Origin: Gammaproteobacteria bacterium
GTDB taxonomy: Bacteria; Pseudomonadota; Gammaproteobacteria; UBA4575
DNA: 64,000 nucleotides
Direction: 5' to 3'
NCBI GenBank assembly: GCA_013001685.1
Contig: JABDMD010000100.1
Coordinates: 12,731 to 76,730, forward strand
The position numbers and the translations under genes were made by a program. How positions within the stretch are numbered: the stretch's first letter is position 1; each line of letters opens with the position of its first letter. This document shows, piece after piece, positions 17,608 through 26,751 of this stretch. The notes beneath the pieces were generated by a model. It had not been told where the DNA came from. It was given only the letters and a program-made list of their open reading frames with translations, and ran no database searches.

Positions 17608-19707
17608 ATGGCTGATAAAGCTACCGCACCTATTGCAAAAAAGAAAAAAACTGAAATCACTCAACATAGCTATATGCGTATTGATGACTATGCTTGGCTG
17701 AAAGATGATAACTGGCAACAAGTCATTCAAACACCAGAGGTGTTATCCAAAGATATTAGAAAATACCTTGAAGCAGAAAATGCATATTTAGAAGAATGCT
17801 TGAGTGACACTAAACCTTTACAAGAAATTCTTTTCAATGAACTGCGTGGGCGAATTAAAGAAGATGATAGCACTGTGCCAGAAAAAGACAGTGATTATTT
17901 TTACTATGATCGTTATGAAGAAAATCAACAATATCCTATCTATTGTCGTTACCACAAAGATTTTCCTGATCAAGAAGAAATCTTATTAAATACAAATCTT
18001 GCTGCAAATAACTATAAATATTTCGATATAGGAGACGCAGGCCATAGTCCTAACCATAAGTACTTTGCTTATAGTGCAGACACTAAAGGCTCGGAATTTT
18101 ATACGCTTTATATAATTGAGTTAGCAACGGGCAAGTTACTAAAAGATGAAATAAGTAATATTCAAAGTGTTTTCGTTTGGGCGAATGATAGTCGCACACT
18201 CTTCTATACCACGCTAGATGATAATCATCGCCCCGACAAAGTGTTTCGGCATATCTTAGGAGAAGAAATCTCTAACGATAAAATAGTATACCAAGAGCAA
18301 GATCCTGGCTTTTTTGTTTCACTCGATATCACTGAATCTAATAATTATATTTTAATTTCGGCACACGACCATGTAACCAGTGAAATTTATACCATCGATG
18401 CACATCATCCCAAACAAGCAGCGCAATGCTTTTCAAAACGGCAAACAGGTGTCGAATATGAAGTTTCAGAACGTAATGGAATTTTTTATATCGTTACTAA
18501 TAAAGATGGCGCTGAAGACTACAAGATAATGCAAGCTTATATAAAGCAATCTGAACAATCACATTGGCAAGATGCATTCACTCCACCCAAGGGCACCTTA
18601 TTAAGAGGCATATATGTATTTAAAGATTTTTTAATTCGCTCGGAACGAATTAATGGCCTGCCACGAATTGTAGTGGTCGCTTTTGAAAATGATAAGTTTG
18701 GAAAAGAACATAGTATTGAATTTAATGAAGAAGCTTACGAGTTGAATATCATGGGAGGCTATGAGTTCGATACTCATATGCTGCGGTTCTCATACACCTC
18801 AATGACCACACCGACACAAATTTTTGACTACGAGATGTCGACACGTGAGCGCAAGCTTATGAAACAGCAAGAAGTTCCTAGCGGACATCAAGTAGATGAA
18901 TACACAACTCGCAGATTATTTGCCACGGCAGCAGACGACGAAAGCATTCCCATTTCATTACTATATAAAAACACGACAGCTTTAGATGGCAGCGCGCCTA
19001 TGCTGTTGTATGCATATGGCTCATACGGAAGCACTATGCCTGCAAGTTTTTCAACTAACCGCTTTAGCTTAGTTGATCGCGGATTTATATATGCGATAGC
19101 CCATGTGCGTGGCGGCATGGAAAAAGGCTATGCCTGGTATAAGGACGGCAAGCTGGAAAATAAAACCAATACTTTCAGCGATTACATCTCTTGCGCAAAA
19201 TATCTAATTACAGAAAACTATACTTGTAAAGGTCAAATAGCTGCGCATGGAGGATCTGCTGGAGGCATGTTAGTAGGTGCTGTTCTCAATATGCAGCCCG
19301 AACTATTTCATGCTGCAATCGCTGATGTGCCTTTCGTTGATGTCCTCAATACTATGAGTGACGCCAACTTGCCCCTCACCCCACCAGAATGGCCCGAATG
19401 GGGCAACCCGATTAAAAATGAATCAGATTATCTAAACATTTCACAGTATTCACCCTACGAAAATATCACACAGCAGGATTATCCACATATATTGGTAACC
19501 GCTGGACTAACCGACCCGCGTGTAACCTACTGGGAGCCCACAAAATGGGTCGCTAAACTACGTTCCCTAAAAACAGATAATAATACCTTAGTATTAAAAA
19601 TGAATATGGGTGCTGGACATGCAGGTGCCTCCGGACGTTTCGACTATCTTAAAGAGATTGCACTAATGTATGCCTTCCTACTAAAAGTCTTCGACATGAC
19701 ATGCTAA
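17608..19707 (+). CDS. ptrB: Oligopeptidase B (protease II, S9A family)
   Basis: 699 aa with an N-terminal beta-propeller region, the catalytic GGSAGGMLVG serine motif, and C-terminal RVTYWEPTKWVAKLR and GAGHAG, as in PtrB. Confidence 0.9.
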   Translation: MADKATAPIAKKKKTEITQHSYMRIDDYAWLKDDNWQQVIQTPEVLSKDIRKYLEAENAYLEECLSDTKPLQEILFNELRGRIKEDDSTVPEKDSDYFYYDRYEENQQYPIYCRYHKDFPDQEEILLNTNLAANNYKYFDIGDAGHSPNHKYFAYSADTKGSEFYTLYIIELATGKLLKDEISNIQSVFVWANDSRTLFYTTLDDNHRPDKVFRHILGEEISNDKIVYQEQDPGFFVSLDITESNNYILISAHDHVTSEIYTIDAHHPKQAAQCFSKRQTGVEYEVSERNGIFYIVTNKDGAEDYKIMQAYIKQSEQSHWQDAFTPPKGTLLRGIYVFKDFLIRSERINGLPRIVVVAFENDKFGKEHSIEFNEEAYELNIMGGYEFDTHMLRFSYTSMTTPTQIFDYEMSTRERKLMKQQEVPSGHQVDEYTTRRLFATAADDESIPISLLYKNTTALDGSAPMLLYAYGSYGSTMPASFSTNRFSLVDRGFIYAIAHVRGGMEKGYAWYKDGKLENKTNTFSDYISCAKYLITENYTCKGQIAAHGGSAGGMLVGAVLNMQPELFHAAIADVPFVDVLNTMSDANLPLTPPEWPEWGNPIKNESDYLNISQYSPYENITQQDYPHILVTAGLTDPRVTYWEPTKWVAKLRSLKTDNNTLVLKMNMGAGHAGASGRFDYLKEIALMYAFLLKVFDMTC

Positions 19708-19743
19708 GAGGTTTTATAGTATCTTTATGTAAAATAATGATAA

Positions 19744-19763
19744 AACGCCAAATGAATGGCGTT
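19744..19763 (+). terminator. Possible ptrB terminator hairpin
   Basis: aacgcca-aatgaa-tggcgtt is a 7-bp stem 37 nt after the stop. The T-tract is weak. Confidence 0.4.
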
Positions 19764-19814
19764 ATTGAAAACGTAGAGTCTACATCTCGCCTTAAAAATT
19801 AATGGAAATATAAG

Positions 19815-20033
19815 ATGGTTGCTGAAAATCTCATACGCCGCGATAACGATTCCGATTACATCATCGCGTGGAAACTGAAATACGACTTTGAAACCGGTAA
19901 AATGAAAGACAACACCATGACCTACGGTGAAGCTAGAAAAAAATGCGAGGAGCTAAACGCTGGCAACCCTGAAAAAACATTTTGGCCTGAAAAAGTTAAA
20001 CCTGCACCAGAGTGGCATATTCTATACGAGTAA
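19815..20033 (+). CDS. Hypothetical protein
   Basis: 72-aa ORF with no recognisable motif. Confidence 0.35.
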   Translation: MVAENLIRRDNDSDYIIAWKLKYDFETGKMKDNTMTYGEARKKCEELNAGNPEKTFWPEKVKPAPEWHILYE

Positions 20034-20061
20034 ATCTTGGGTATAGGTTGTATCCATACAA

Positions 20062-20712
20062 CTAAGGCGAAAGCCGTTCAATTTTCCACTCATCGGAATC
20101 CGTTTTAGCATACCGCAATCTATCGTGTAAGCGATTCGGCCTACCCTGCCAAAATTCAAATTGCTCGGGTATCACACGGTACCCACCCCAATGCTCAGGA
20201 CATGGAATTTCCTGTCCCTCAAATTGTGATTCTATTTTCTTATATTCTTCTTCTAGCATTACGTGGTTTTTAATTACCCGGCTTTGCTGAGAGGCAACAG
20301 CGCCTATCTGACTCCCTCTAGGTCGAGAATGAAAATATTTTACCGTTTCTTCTCGTGAAACTTTTTCTACTGCACCATTAACTCGCACTTGTCGATGCAA
20401 CTTATCCCACCAAACATTAAGTGCTGCTTTATTAATACTCGCCAAATCATTTGCTTTATTACTTTGGTAATTAGTAAAAAACACAAAGCCTTTCTCATCA
20501 AATCCTTTTAATAGCACCATGCGTGATGAGATATCTCCATCTTTATTTACCGTAGCGACATTCATTGCATTTGGTTCAACAAAGTCTGCAGCTAATGCTT
20601 CATCCATCCAAAGCTGAAATTGTTTGAAAGGATCCTTATTGACATTATCTTCTTCAAGGGTACGCGTCTCATAGTTTTGACGCAAATCTTTAATGTTTAT
20701 ATCTTGGCTCAT
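20062..20712 (-). CDS. pdxH: Pyridoxamine 5'-phosphate oxidase
   Basis: The motifs [37 protein letters not shown] and [14 protein letters not shown]...ERLSP are characteristic of PdxH. Confidence 0.9.
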   Translation of the reverse strand: MSQDINIKDLRQNYETRTLEEDNVNKDPFKQFQLWMDEALAADFVEPNAMNVATVNKDGDISSRMVLLKGFDEKGFVFFTNYQSNKANDLASINKAALNVWWDKLHRQVRVNGAVEKVSREETVKYFHSRPRGSQIGAVASQQSRVIKNHVMLEEEYKKIESQFEGQEIPCPEHWGGYRVIPEQFEFWQGRPNRLHDRLRYAKTDSDEWKIERLSP

Positions 20713-21347
20713 AATTTATCCAAGGACACACCCGTTCCACCCAAACCACAATAGCCACCCGGATTCTTTGCTAAATATTGCTGATGATAATCTTCAGCAT
20801 AATAAAACTCCGGCGCTTCTATAATTTCAGTTGTAATCACTCCATGTCCCTTCGCAGACAAAGCTTGCTGATATTCTTGTTTGCTTCGCTCTGCTATTTC
20901 TTTCTGCTCTTCGCTATAGGTATAAATACCAGAACGATATTGTGTCCCCATATCATTGCCCTGCTGCATACCTTGTGTAGGGTTATGTGATTCCCAAAAC
21001 AGTTTCAATAGATTCTCATAACTCATAAATTTTGGATTAAACACTACACGAACCATTTCATTATGGCCTGTTAATCCCGTACATACTTCTTCATAAGTGG
21101 CATTTCGAGTAAAGCCACCTGCATAGCCTACTGCAGTAGAGTACACACCTTTCAGTTCCCAAAACTTGCGTTCGGCTCCCCAAAAACAACCCATACCAAA
21201 CATAGCCATTTCTAACCCTTCAGGGAATGGTGGCACGATTAAATTTTCATTTACGTAATGCAACTTGCTTACCTGCATGGCTTCTGTTCGGCCAGGCAAC
21301 GCATCTTGTGGTGAAGGCATTAAGGTCTTTTTGTTTGCAAACAACAT
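20709..21347 (-). CDS. msrA: Peptide methionine (S)-sulfoxide reductase
   Basis: Active-site GMGCFWG and the [10 protein letters not shown] motif. It overlaps the pdxH start by 4 nt. Confidence 0.9.
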   Translation of the reverse strand: MLFANKKTLMPSPQDALPGRTEAMQVSKLHYVNENLIVPPFPEGLEMAMFGMGCFWGAERKFWELKGVYSTAVGYAGGFTRNATYEEVCTGLTGHNEMVRVVFNPKFMSYENLLKLFWESHNPTQGMQQGNDMGTQYRSGIYTYSEEQKEIAERSKQEYQQALSAKGHGVITTEIIEAPEFYYAEDYHQQYLAKNPGGYCGLGGTGVSLDKL

Positions 21348-21484
21348 ATTTCAATTCAATAGCTTAATTGATTTCTTATAAATTACTAAGGCTAGTTTAC
21401 ACCAACATGTCTACCAAGTTTAAACCTATACGATATTGATGCTACCAAATACATTTTTATATGGATTAACAAGGGAGGACAATT

Positions 21485-22132
21485 ATGTTTTATTTAAATC
21501 GAAAAAGCATGCTGCCACATAAAATGTGTACAGGACTTTTCGCTATATTAATGGCACTACCTTTCACATCTCATGCCGATGAGACGGAAACTGACGAAAC
21601 ACGCGCTGATAAAGTATTCGAGTATTTCGATAAAGACGGTGATGGTGTGCTCAATAACAGCGAGAAAGCCACGGCTAAATGTGCACACAATGTTATTGAT
21701 CATGACGACGACGGTAAAATCAACCGCGCCGAGTTCCGAAGTGCCAGACGTGTGCACAATGCTGCAGACTACAATGATGATGGTGAAATAGGACCACGTG
21801 AAGCTAATCGTGCAAAACGTTTTCACGAAGCCGCGGATTACAATGACGATGGCAAAGTCTCACGTAAAGAATATAAACGGGCTGGGAAGGTTCATAATGC
21901 TGTGGACAAAAATGACGATGGGAAAATCGGTCCAAGAGAATATAAACACGCCAAGAAAAAACACGATCGCATTGATGTGAACGATGATGGCAAAATAAAT
22001 AAAATAGAGTACAAACACGCCAAGCAGCACAAAAACATCACGACAAACATCACTAAAAGCATATATCAAGGGCGGCATCTGCCGTCCTTCGCTTGCTCAA
22101 TCAAAATTCAGAAGATCAAGCACCTCATTTAA
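21485..22132 (+). CDS. Secreted protein with six tandem EF-hand calcium-binding loops
   Basis: A signal peptide is followed by six canonical 12-residue loops (DKDGDGVLNNSE, DHDDDGKINRAE, DYNDDGEIGPRE, DYNDDGKVSRKE, DKNDDGKIGPRE, DVNDDGKINKIE). Confidence 0.7.
   Translation: MFYLNRKSMLPHKMCTGLFAILMALPFTSHADETETDETRADKVFEYFDKDGDGVLNNSEKATAKCAHNVIDHDDDGKINRAEFRSARRVHNAADYNDDGEIGPREANRAKRFHEAADYNDDGKVSRKEYKRAGKVHNAVDKNDDGKIGPREYKHAKKKHDRIDVNDDGKINKIEYKHAKQHKNITTNITKSIYQGRHLPSFACSIKIQKIKHLI
21629..22009 (+). repeat. 69-nt (23-aa) periodic EF-hand repeat array inside the CDS
   Basis: The loop-initiating Asp residues fall at aa 49, 72, 95, 118, 141 and 164, an exact 23-residue spacing. Confidence 0.7.
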
Positions 22133-22486
22133 TACATCATCCCCAGTCTCGCCCATAGCATCCGCCTTCTGCTGCAACGCTGCAGCTTCTTTAAGCTTTT
22201 GCTCAATGTATTTTTTATTAATGGCTTTTATAATTTCTTTAATTTGATCTAGTTCGTTCTGAATATGAGTGATATCTCTCACCCATGTTTCAATATACAA
22301 ACAATCCTCAGGACTAATTTTTGCATTCAACGCATGTTTAGAAAAAGCTAAATTAAAATCTGCGCACCAATCACGTGGCACTTTTTGGCTTAGTTCGTAA
22401 ATAATATCAATATACTTTTTATTTTTTAAACTAGGCCGACGGTTTGCGTCTAAGCCTTTTATTTTAATGTTTTCTATACCGCTCAC
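22097..22486 (-). CDS. Hypothetical protein
   Basis: 129-aa ORF with a coiled-coil-like C-terminal half. It overlaps the end of the convergent EF-hand gene by 36 nt. Confidence 0.4.
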   Translation of the reverse strand: MSGIENIKIKGLDANRRPSLKNKKYIDIIYELSQKVPRDWCADFNLAFSKHALNAKISPEDCLYIETWVRDITHIQNELDQIKEIIKAINKKYIEQKLKEAAALQQKADAMGETGDDVLNEVLDLLNFD

Positions 22487-22590
22487 AAAAATTTCCTATT
22501 GCATCTTTTAGAAGAGATTATAGATGATTGCTGGAATAAACCGAAAGACGAAACCCTAGAAAAGTGCCCTAATCAGATTTGACCATACGC

Positions 22591-22707
22591 TTATATTGGT
22601 AATTTAGCGAACCCATGTGGATGACGTGCAGGATGCACAAGTATCGCGGTAAATTTGCGCCTACAATTTCTGCACTTCCACCATCCATGGCGGTTGTAAG
22701 CGGACAT
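22591..22707 (-). pseudogene. 38-codon ORF with a CxxC half zinc-ribbon; possible transposase N-terminal remnant
   Basis: Hand translation: MSAYNRHGWWKCRNCRRKFTAILVHPARHPHGFAKLPI. The WKCRNCRRKF pattern resembles the second knuckle of IS1/IS1595-type zinc ribbons. It sits in a locally GC-richer patch. Confidence 0.2.
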
Positions 22708-22760
22708 AATGCAATCTTGAATTAAATTTCCAACCCCGCCCCTCTATTATGAACCAAGGG

Positions 22761-23369
22761 TTAACAATCCATCGTTCTAAAAGTTAAATTTACCCTAGGT
22801 TTGCTTACTGTTTTTGTTGGCGGCAAACAATGAAGCCAATGCGTTTGAGTTGCACCTCTCATGACAAGCAAGCTGCCGTGATGCAAGGTTAATGCTTGTG
22901 TTTCTTTGGTCTTTTTATGCTTAAAGGAGAATTTTCGTTCTGCTCCCAGGCTTAGCGAACCAATAGCTCCATTCTTTTTCAGTTCTTTTTCGGCATCGCT
23001 GTGCCAAGCCATTCCTTCAGACCCATCATGATATAAATTTAGCAAGCAAGAGTTAAATGCTTCGCCAGTTCTTTTCTCTACTACTTCTTTTAGCTCTAAC
23101 AACTCTTCAACCCAAGGCAATGCTTGCTTAGTATGATTAGAGTATGTGTATTTGAAAGGCTTATCTGCATACCATGCCACTTTTCGTTTGGTTATTTTTC
23201 GTTTGCCGAATATAACTGCTTCATCATTTTTCCACTTAATTATATTAAGCAATATATTAAAATAATGGTTTGCTAGTTTTAAAGAAAGCGCTTCCTCATA
23301 ATAATTAACAACACCATCCTTACGAAGTATATTTTCTGATGGGTCTATTAGAGTGCTAAACAAGTCCAT
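22761..23369 (-). CDS. AlkB-family Fe(II)/2-oxoglutarate-dependent dioxygenase
   Basis: LNLYHDGSEGMAWHSDAE (HxD iron ligands), then HHGSLLVMRGATQTHWLH and RVNLTFR, are typical of AlkB/ALKBH2-3-like enzymes. Confidence 0.8.
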   Translation of the reverse strand: MDLFSTLIDPSENILRKDGVVNYYEEALSLKLANHYFNILLNIIKWKNDEAVIFGKRKITKRKVAWYADKPFKYTYSNHTKQALPWVEELLELKEVVEKRTGEAFNSCLLNLYHDGSEGMAWHSDAEKELKKNGAIGSLSLGAERKFSFKHKKTKETQALTLHHGSLLVMRGATQTHWLHCLPPTKTVSKPRVNLTFRTMDC

Positions 23370-23408
23370 ATTAGCTTTTTATCTATTCTTTCTAATAACA
23401 TGTAATTA

Positions 23409-23870
23409 TTAGCAAGGTCTTCTTGTATAAACCCATCTATCTTCATTTTCTCTATAGTAACCATAAATTAATTCTTTCTCAGAAAACCCCATCTTTTCAG
23501 CTAAGCATTGCATAGTATTATTATTAGTATCGGTTGTTAAGTGCGCTGCAATACGGTGCTCATCAAATTTGTCACATAATTTATTCATCAATTTTTTGCC
23601 AATCCCAACCCCCCGATAATCTGCAGCAATTAAAATTTTATGTATAAAGTGAATATTGGGTGCAGTGGAGGGAAAGGAAAGAGCAGCACCAATAATTTTT
23701 TTATTTTCAGCCGCAACACATACATACGCATGCTCAATCCAATGCCGCCATACATGCTCACCATCAGGAATGAACTCTGAGTTTCGATTATGCTTCCAAG
23801 AGACTCTATCCAGTTCAGCTATTGCAAGGAAATCATCTATAGAAGCCCATCTTATTAAAACTTCTGACAT
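23409..23870 (-). CDS. GNAT-family N-acetyltransferase
   Basis: The acetyl-CoA binding motif YRGVGIGKKLM. The 153-aa size is typical. Confidence 0.8.
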   Translation of the reverse strand: MSEVLIRWASIDDFLAIAELDRVSWKHNRNSEFIPDGEHVWRHWIEHAYVCVAAENKKIIGAALSFPSTAPNIHFIHKILIAADYRGVGIGKKLMNKLCDKFDEHRIAAHLTTDTNNNTMQCLAEKMGFSEKELIYGYYRENEDRWVYTRRPC

Positions 23871-23903
23871 TTTAACCTGCTCGCATCATCCGTGATGCTC
23901 CTC

Positions 23904-24422
23904 TTATTCGTATACCCTTGTACTCACTTCAAGCACAAGTTGCTTATATAAACTCGATTCACGCTTAAAAAAACCTTCTGTATGGTACGAATCTTCTAAT
24001 TTATACAACTCATAATCTAAATGATGGCATACCTCGTGAAACAAAGTGCGCATATAAGTTTTAAATGCCACAACTTGCTTACGTTTAGCAGTTAGCATCC
24101 ATACCGAAATTTCTGCAACTTTTGTTTTTTTCGATATAGGTTCATACAAGCCATGCAACTCGCCATAATTATTATGCGGCCTACTGGTAAGCACCTTAAC
24201 TTTAATCGGAGAAATCATTAATTGTTGAGTAAGCTGATTCACAAGTGCTTGACTAGCCTGTAGCACATATGCTTTCTCTTTTGATTTGAGCGCTGATTGC
24301 ACACCACGCACAAACGGCAATAACTCGCCTGAATTTTTTAGACTTACATTAGAAATTTTATCACTGGCGCGATAGATTTTTTTATCTTTGGCGGGAAGTC
24401 TTTTGTAATAAGAATATGGCAT
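23904..24422 (-). CDS. Putative zinc metallohydrolase (HExxH...H, YgjP/WLM-like)
   Basis: LFHEVCHHLDYELYKLEDSYHTEGFF parallels the HExxH-x(n)-H arrangement of DUF45/YgjP-type proteins. Confidence 0.5.
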   Translation of the reverse strand: MPYSYYKRLPAKDKKIYRASDKISNVSLKNSGELLPFVRGVQSALKSKEKAYVLQASQALVNQLTQQLMISPIKVKVLTSRPHNNYGELHGLYEPISKKTKVAEISVWMLTAKRKQVVAFKTYMRTLFHEVCHHLDYELYKLEDSYHTEGFFKRESSLYKQLVLEVSTRVYE

Positions 24423-24458
24423 CGCTAAACTGTTGGCTACGAAGCCAACAGTTTAGCG
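24423..24458. terminator. Perfect 16-bp hairpin abutting the start codon of the HExxH gene
   Basis: cgctaaactgttggct-acga-agccaacagtttagcg. A T-run follows only on the + strand. On the - strand the stem ends 1 nt before the ATG. Confidence 0.5.
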
Positions 24459-24485
24459 TTTTATTATTTCTGAAACTATAAAGTT

Positions 24486-25127
24486 TTAATATTGATTAAA
24501 ACTTAGGTTTCCTAAATCTAATGTAAACTTGATGTCACTAGCTGCAACTGAGATAGAATAGTCTTCTAATCTCACCAAACCTCGCTCAGTACGATATGCA
24601 CCATAGCCACGTAACATACCTGCCAAGACAAATTCACCATGCTCACAACTAAGAAGGCCACCACCTGATTCGCCAGAGTCTATGCCCGCGCTTGTGTGAA
24701 TAGCTTCTGCTTTTTTTGATACGAAATTACCAGAACTCGTGTGCAGATCCTGTGCACGGGGATATCCTGCCGCCCACACCTCTTGGCTTTCATACAAGTC
24801 ATACTTACTTAATGGAATTGGATAAAGATTATCAGTCCTGACTGAAAGTAAAGCGATATCGGCTTCTTTGTCTACTAACAGTACTGATGCCAAATACAGT
24901 GCATCATTTATTTCTACAGCTGTATCATAATAGTCTTCTAAAACATGCGCGGCGGTAATTACTAAGTTATTTGAAACCACTACACCGCTTGCATGGCTGT
25001 TCTCACCACTTTCGATAGGAACAATTGAATCTAGAATTTGATTATTAGGCCAATGACAAGTGGGATCTGCAGCGTTACCTACCGAAGTAAGTAAATAGAA
25101 AAGAACAATTTTACTAAGGTGCTTCAT
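24486..25127 (-). CDS. Secreted trypsin-like (S1) serine protease
   Basis: Catalytic triad context ITAAHV, DIALL and DSGESGGGLL. Signal peptide present. I chose the start at the ATG preceded by AAGGAG (25127) rather than the ORF limit at 25151. Confidence 0.8.
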   Translation of the reverse strand: MKHLSKIVLFYLLTSVGNAADPTCHWPNNQILDSIVPIESGENSHASGVVVSNNLVITAAHVLEDYYDTAVEINDALYLASVLLVDKEADIALLSVRTDNLYPIPLSKYDLYESQEVWAAGYPRAQDLHTSSGNFVSKKAEAIHTSAGIDSGESGGGLLSCEHGEFVLAGMLRGYGAYRTERGLVRLEDYSISVAASDIKFTLDLGNLSFNQY

Positions 25128-25351
25128 CTTACGCTCCTTATAATGATGCAAGCATTGCTTGTGATTATTGTCTACTAATATTTTATCTACATATATAGAC
25201 TATTCTTAAAAGCAATTCATGCATACGTATCACCCTTTCTGCTAAACGGCGTATATATTTAAATCTCAAGGACTCAGAAATATAGAACTTTGACCGTGTT
25301 CACACTATTAATTTTATGGCTACTAATTAATGAATTTTATAATCCTTTATA

Positions 25352-26266
25352 CTAATCCTCTTTATCCGGCTCTATAAAACACCAACCCACATCAGGAAGT
25401 TGCTCTTTAAGTTTTTTTTCTAACACATTTATTTTTTTAATTGATTCTTCTATAGTCATTGCATCTGGTAATTTAATTTTTGCTGCCAACATTATTTTCG
25501 ATCCAAATTGGATTGTAATAACATTAAACAAGCGTTCAATATTTTCATCTTGTTGGATAACTTGATTTATTTTTTCTCTAATTTCTAGTTCAGCCGAAGT
25601 ACCAACAATTAGTGCCTTAATACGCCAAGCTACAAATATAGAAACAATAATTAGAACTACACCAATACAAATTGAACCAATCGCATCATAAATAGGATTA
25701 TTTGTTATAACACTAATACCTACAAAGACAAATGCGATTATCAATCCCAAAATGGCTGCACTGTCTTCACCAAATACAACTACCAACTCTGCATTCCGTG
25801 TGTGCTTTATCCAGCTATTAAATGCCTTTTCACCCCTAACCTCATTGATCGCACTTAAGCAGCCTAAAAGGCTGATAATTTCTATGATAATGGCCACACC
25901 CAAAACAAGTAATCCAATCCATGCCTGATTAAGTGCTTCAGGATGTTGCAGCTTATGCCAACCTTCATAGATGGAAAACAGCCCACCCATAGTGAACAAC
26001 AGCACTGCAACTACAAAACTCCAGAAGTAGCTATTTTTACCATAGCCAAGTGGATGTTTTTCATCTGGTTGTTTCTGAGATTGCTTTAAACCAAAGTAGA
26101 GTAATACCTGGTTACCAGTGTCTGCGTATGAGTGTATCGCTTCAGCCAACATACTGCCTGAATGAGTGTACATTGCTGCTGCCGTTTTCATTAATGCAAT
26201 TGCGAGATTAGCACCAAACGCAAAGAAGATAGCTTTTAATGAAGAAGAATGCCCGGAAGCGCTCAT
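25352..26266 (-). CDS. Cation diffusion facilitator (CDF) transporter
   Basis: Six TM segments, TM2 motif HSYADTGNQ, TM5 EDSAAILG, and a C-terminal cytoplasmic domain. Confidence 0.85.
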   Translation of the reverse strand: MSASGHSSSLKAIFFAFGANLAIALMKTAAAMYTHSGSMLAEAIHSYADTGNQVLLYFGLKQSQKQPDEKHPLGYGKNSYFWSFVVAVLLFTMGGLFSIYEGWHKLQHPEALNQAWIGLLVLGVAIIIEIISLLGCLSAINEVRGEKAFNSWIKHTRNAELVVVFGEDSAAILGLIIAFVFVGISVITNNPIYDAIGSICIGVVLIIVSIFVAWRIKALIVGTSAELEIREKINQVIQQDENIERLFNVITIQFGSKIMLAAKIKLPDAMTIEESIKKINVLEKKLKEQLPDVGWCFIEPDKED

Positions 26267-26280
26267 ATAATTTTATTCAG

Positions 26281-26739
26281 TTAGCTATTACAGTAACCTG
26301 CAGGTATCACAAATTCTGCTAGCATGGCATTATCATTGTTCATATAGCGGTATGACAGTGATACATTGCTATTAATATAACGTCTCGTATTCTTATTTAT
26401 ACAAGCACTGTTTTTTACAGCACTTTCTACTTGTTGGGCAAAATCATCATCTTTAACACTAATCCCTGACTCTTGGGTTGAATCATCCTCAACAACAAAA
26501 GAATATATAATTTCCATCTCTCCTGCTTCAACATTCATAAGCTCGGTATAAGCATCTACTCTAATAGGTAGCTGATTTTGCAAAGATTGGATTTCTTGTT
26601 TCAATGCATCATGAGTAATTTCTGGCTGCTTTTTTAACATTAACACAATGGTTATTCCTGTTATAAAAATCGTTGCTAACAATAAAAATATTCGCATTCT
26701 TCTGCTAAGCGATTGTTGATCATTAAATACAGGCCCCAT
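26281..26739 (-). CDS. Membrane-anchored hypothetical protein
   Basis: One N-terminal TM helix (IFLLLATIFITGITIVLML) followed by a soluble domain with two Cys residues. It lies between the two CDF genes with 12-14 nt gaps. Confidence 0.45.
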   Translation of the reverse strand: MGPVFNDQQSLSRRMRIFLLLATIFITGITIVLMLKKQPEITHDALKQEIQSLQNQLPIRVDAYTELMNVEAGEMEIIYSFVVEDDSTQESGISVKDDDFAQQVESAVKNSACINKNTRRYINSNVSLSYRYMNNDNAMLAEFVIPAGYCNS

Positions 26740-26751
26740 ACTACTACTACA

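Noticed and set aside
20047-20062. Small hairpin gttgta-tcca-tacaac between the 72-aa ORF and pdxH as a terminator
   Set aside because: It has only a 6-bp AT-rich stem, overlaps the pdxH stop and has no U-tract. It is too weak to call.
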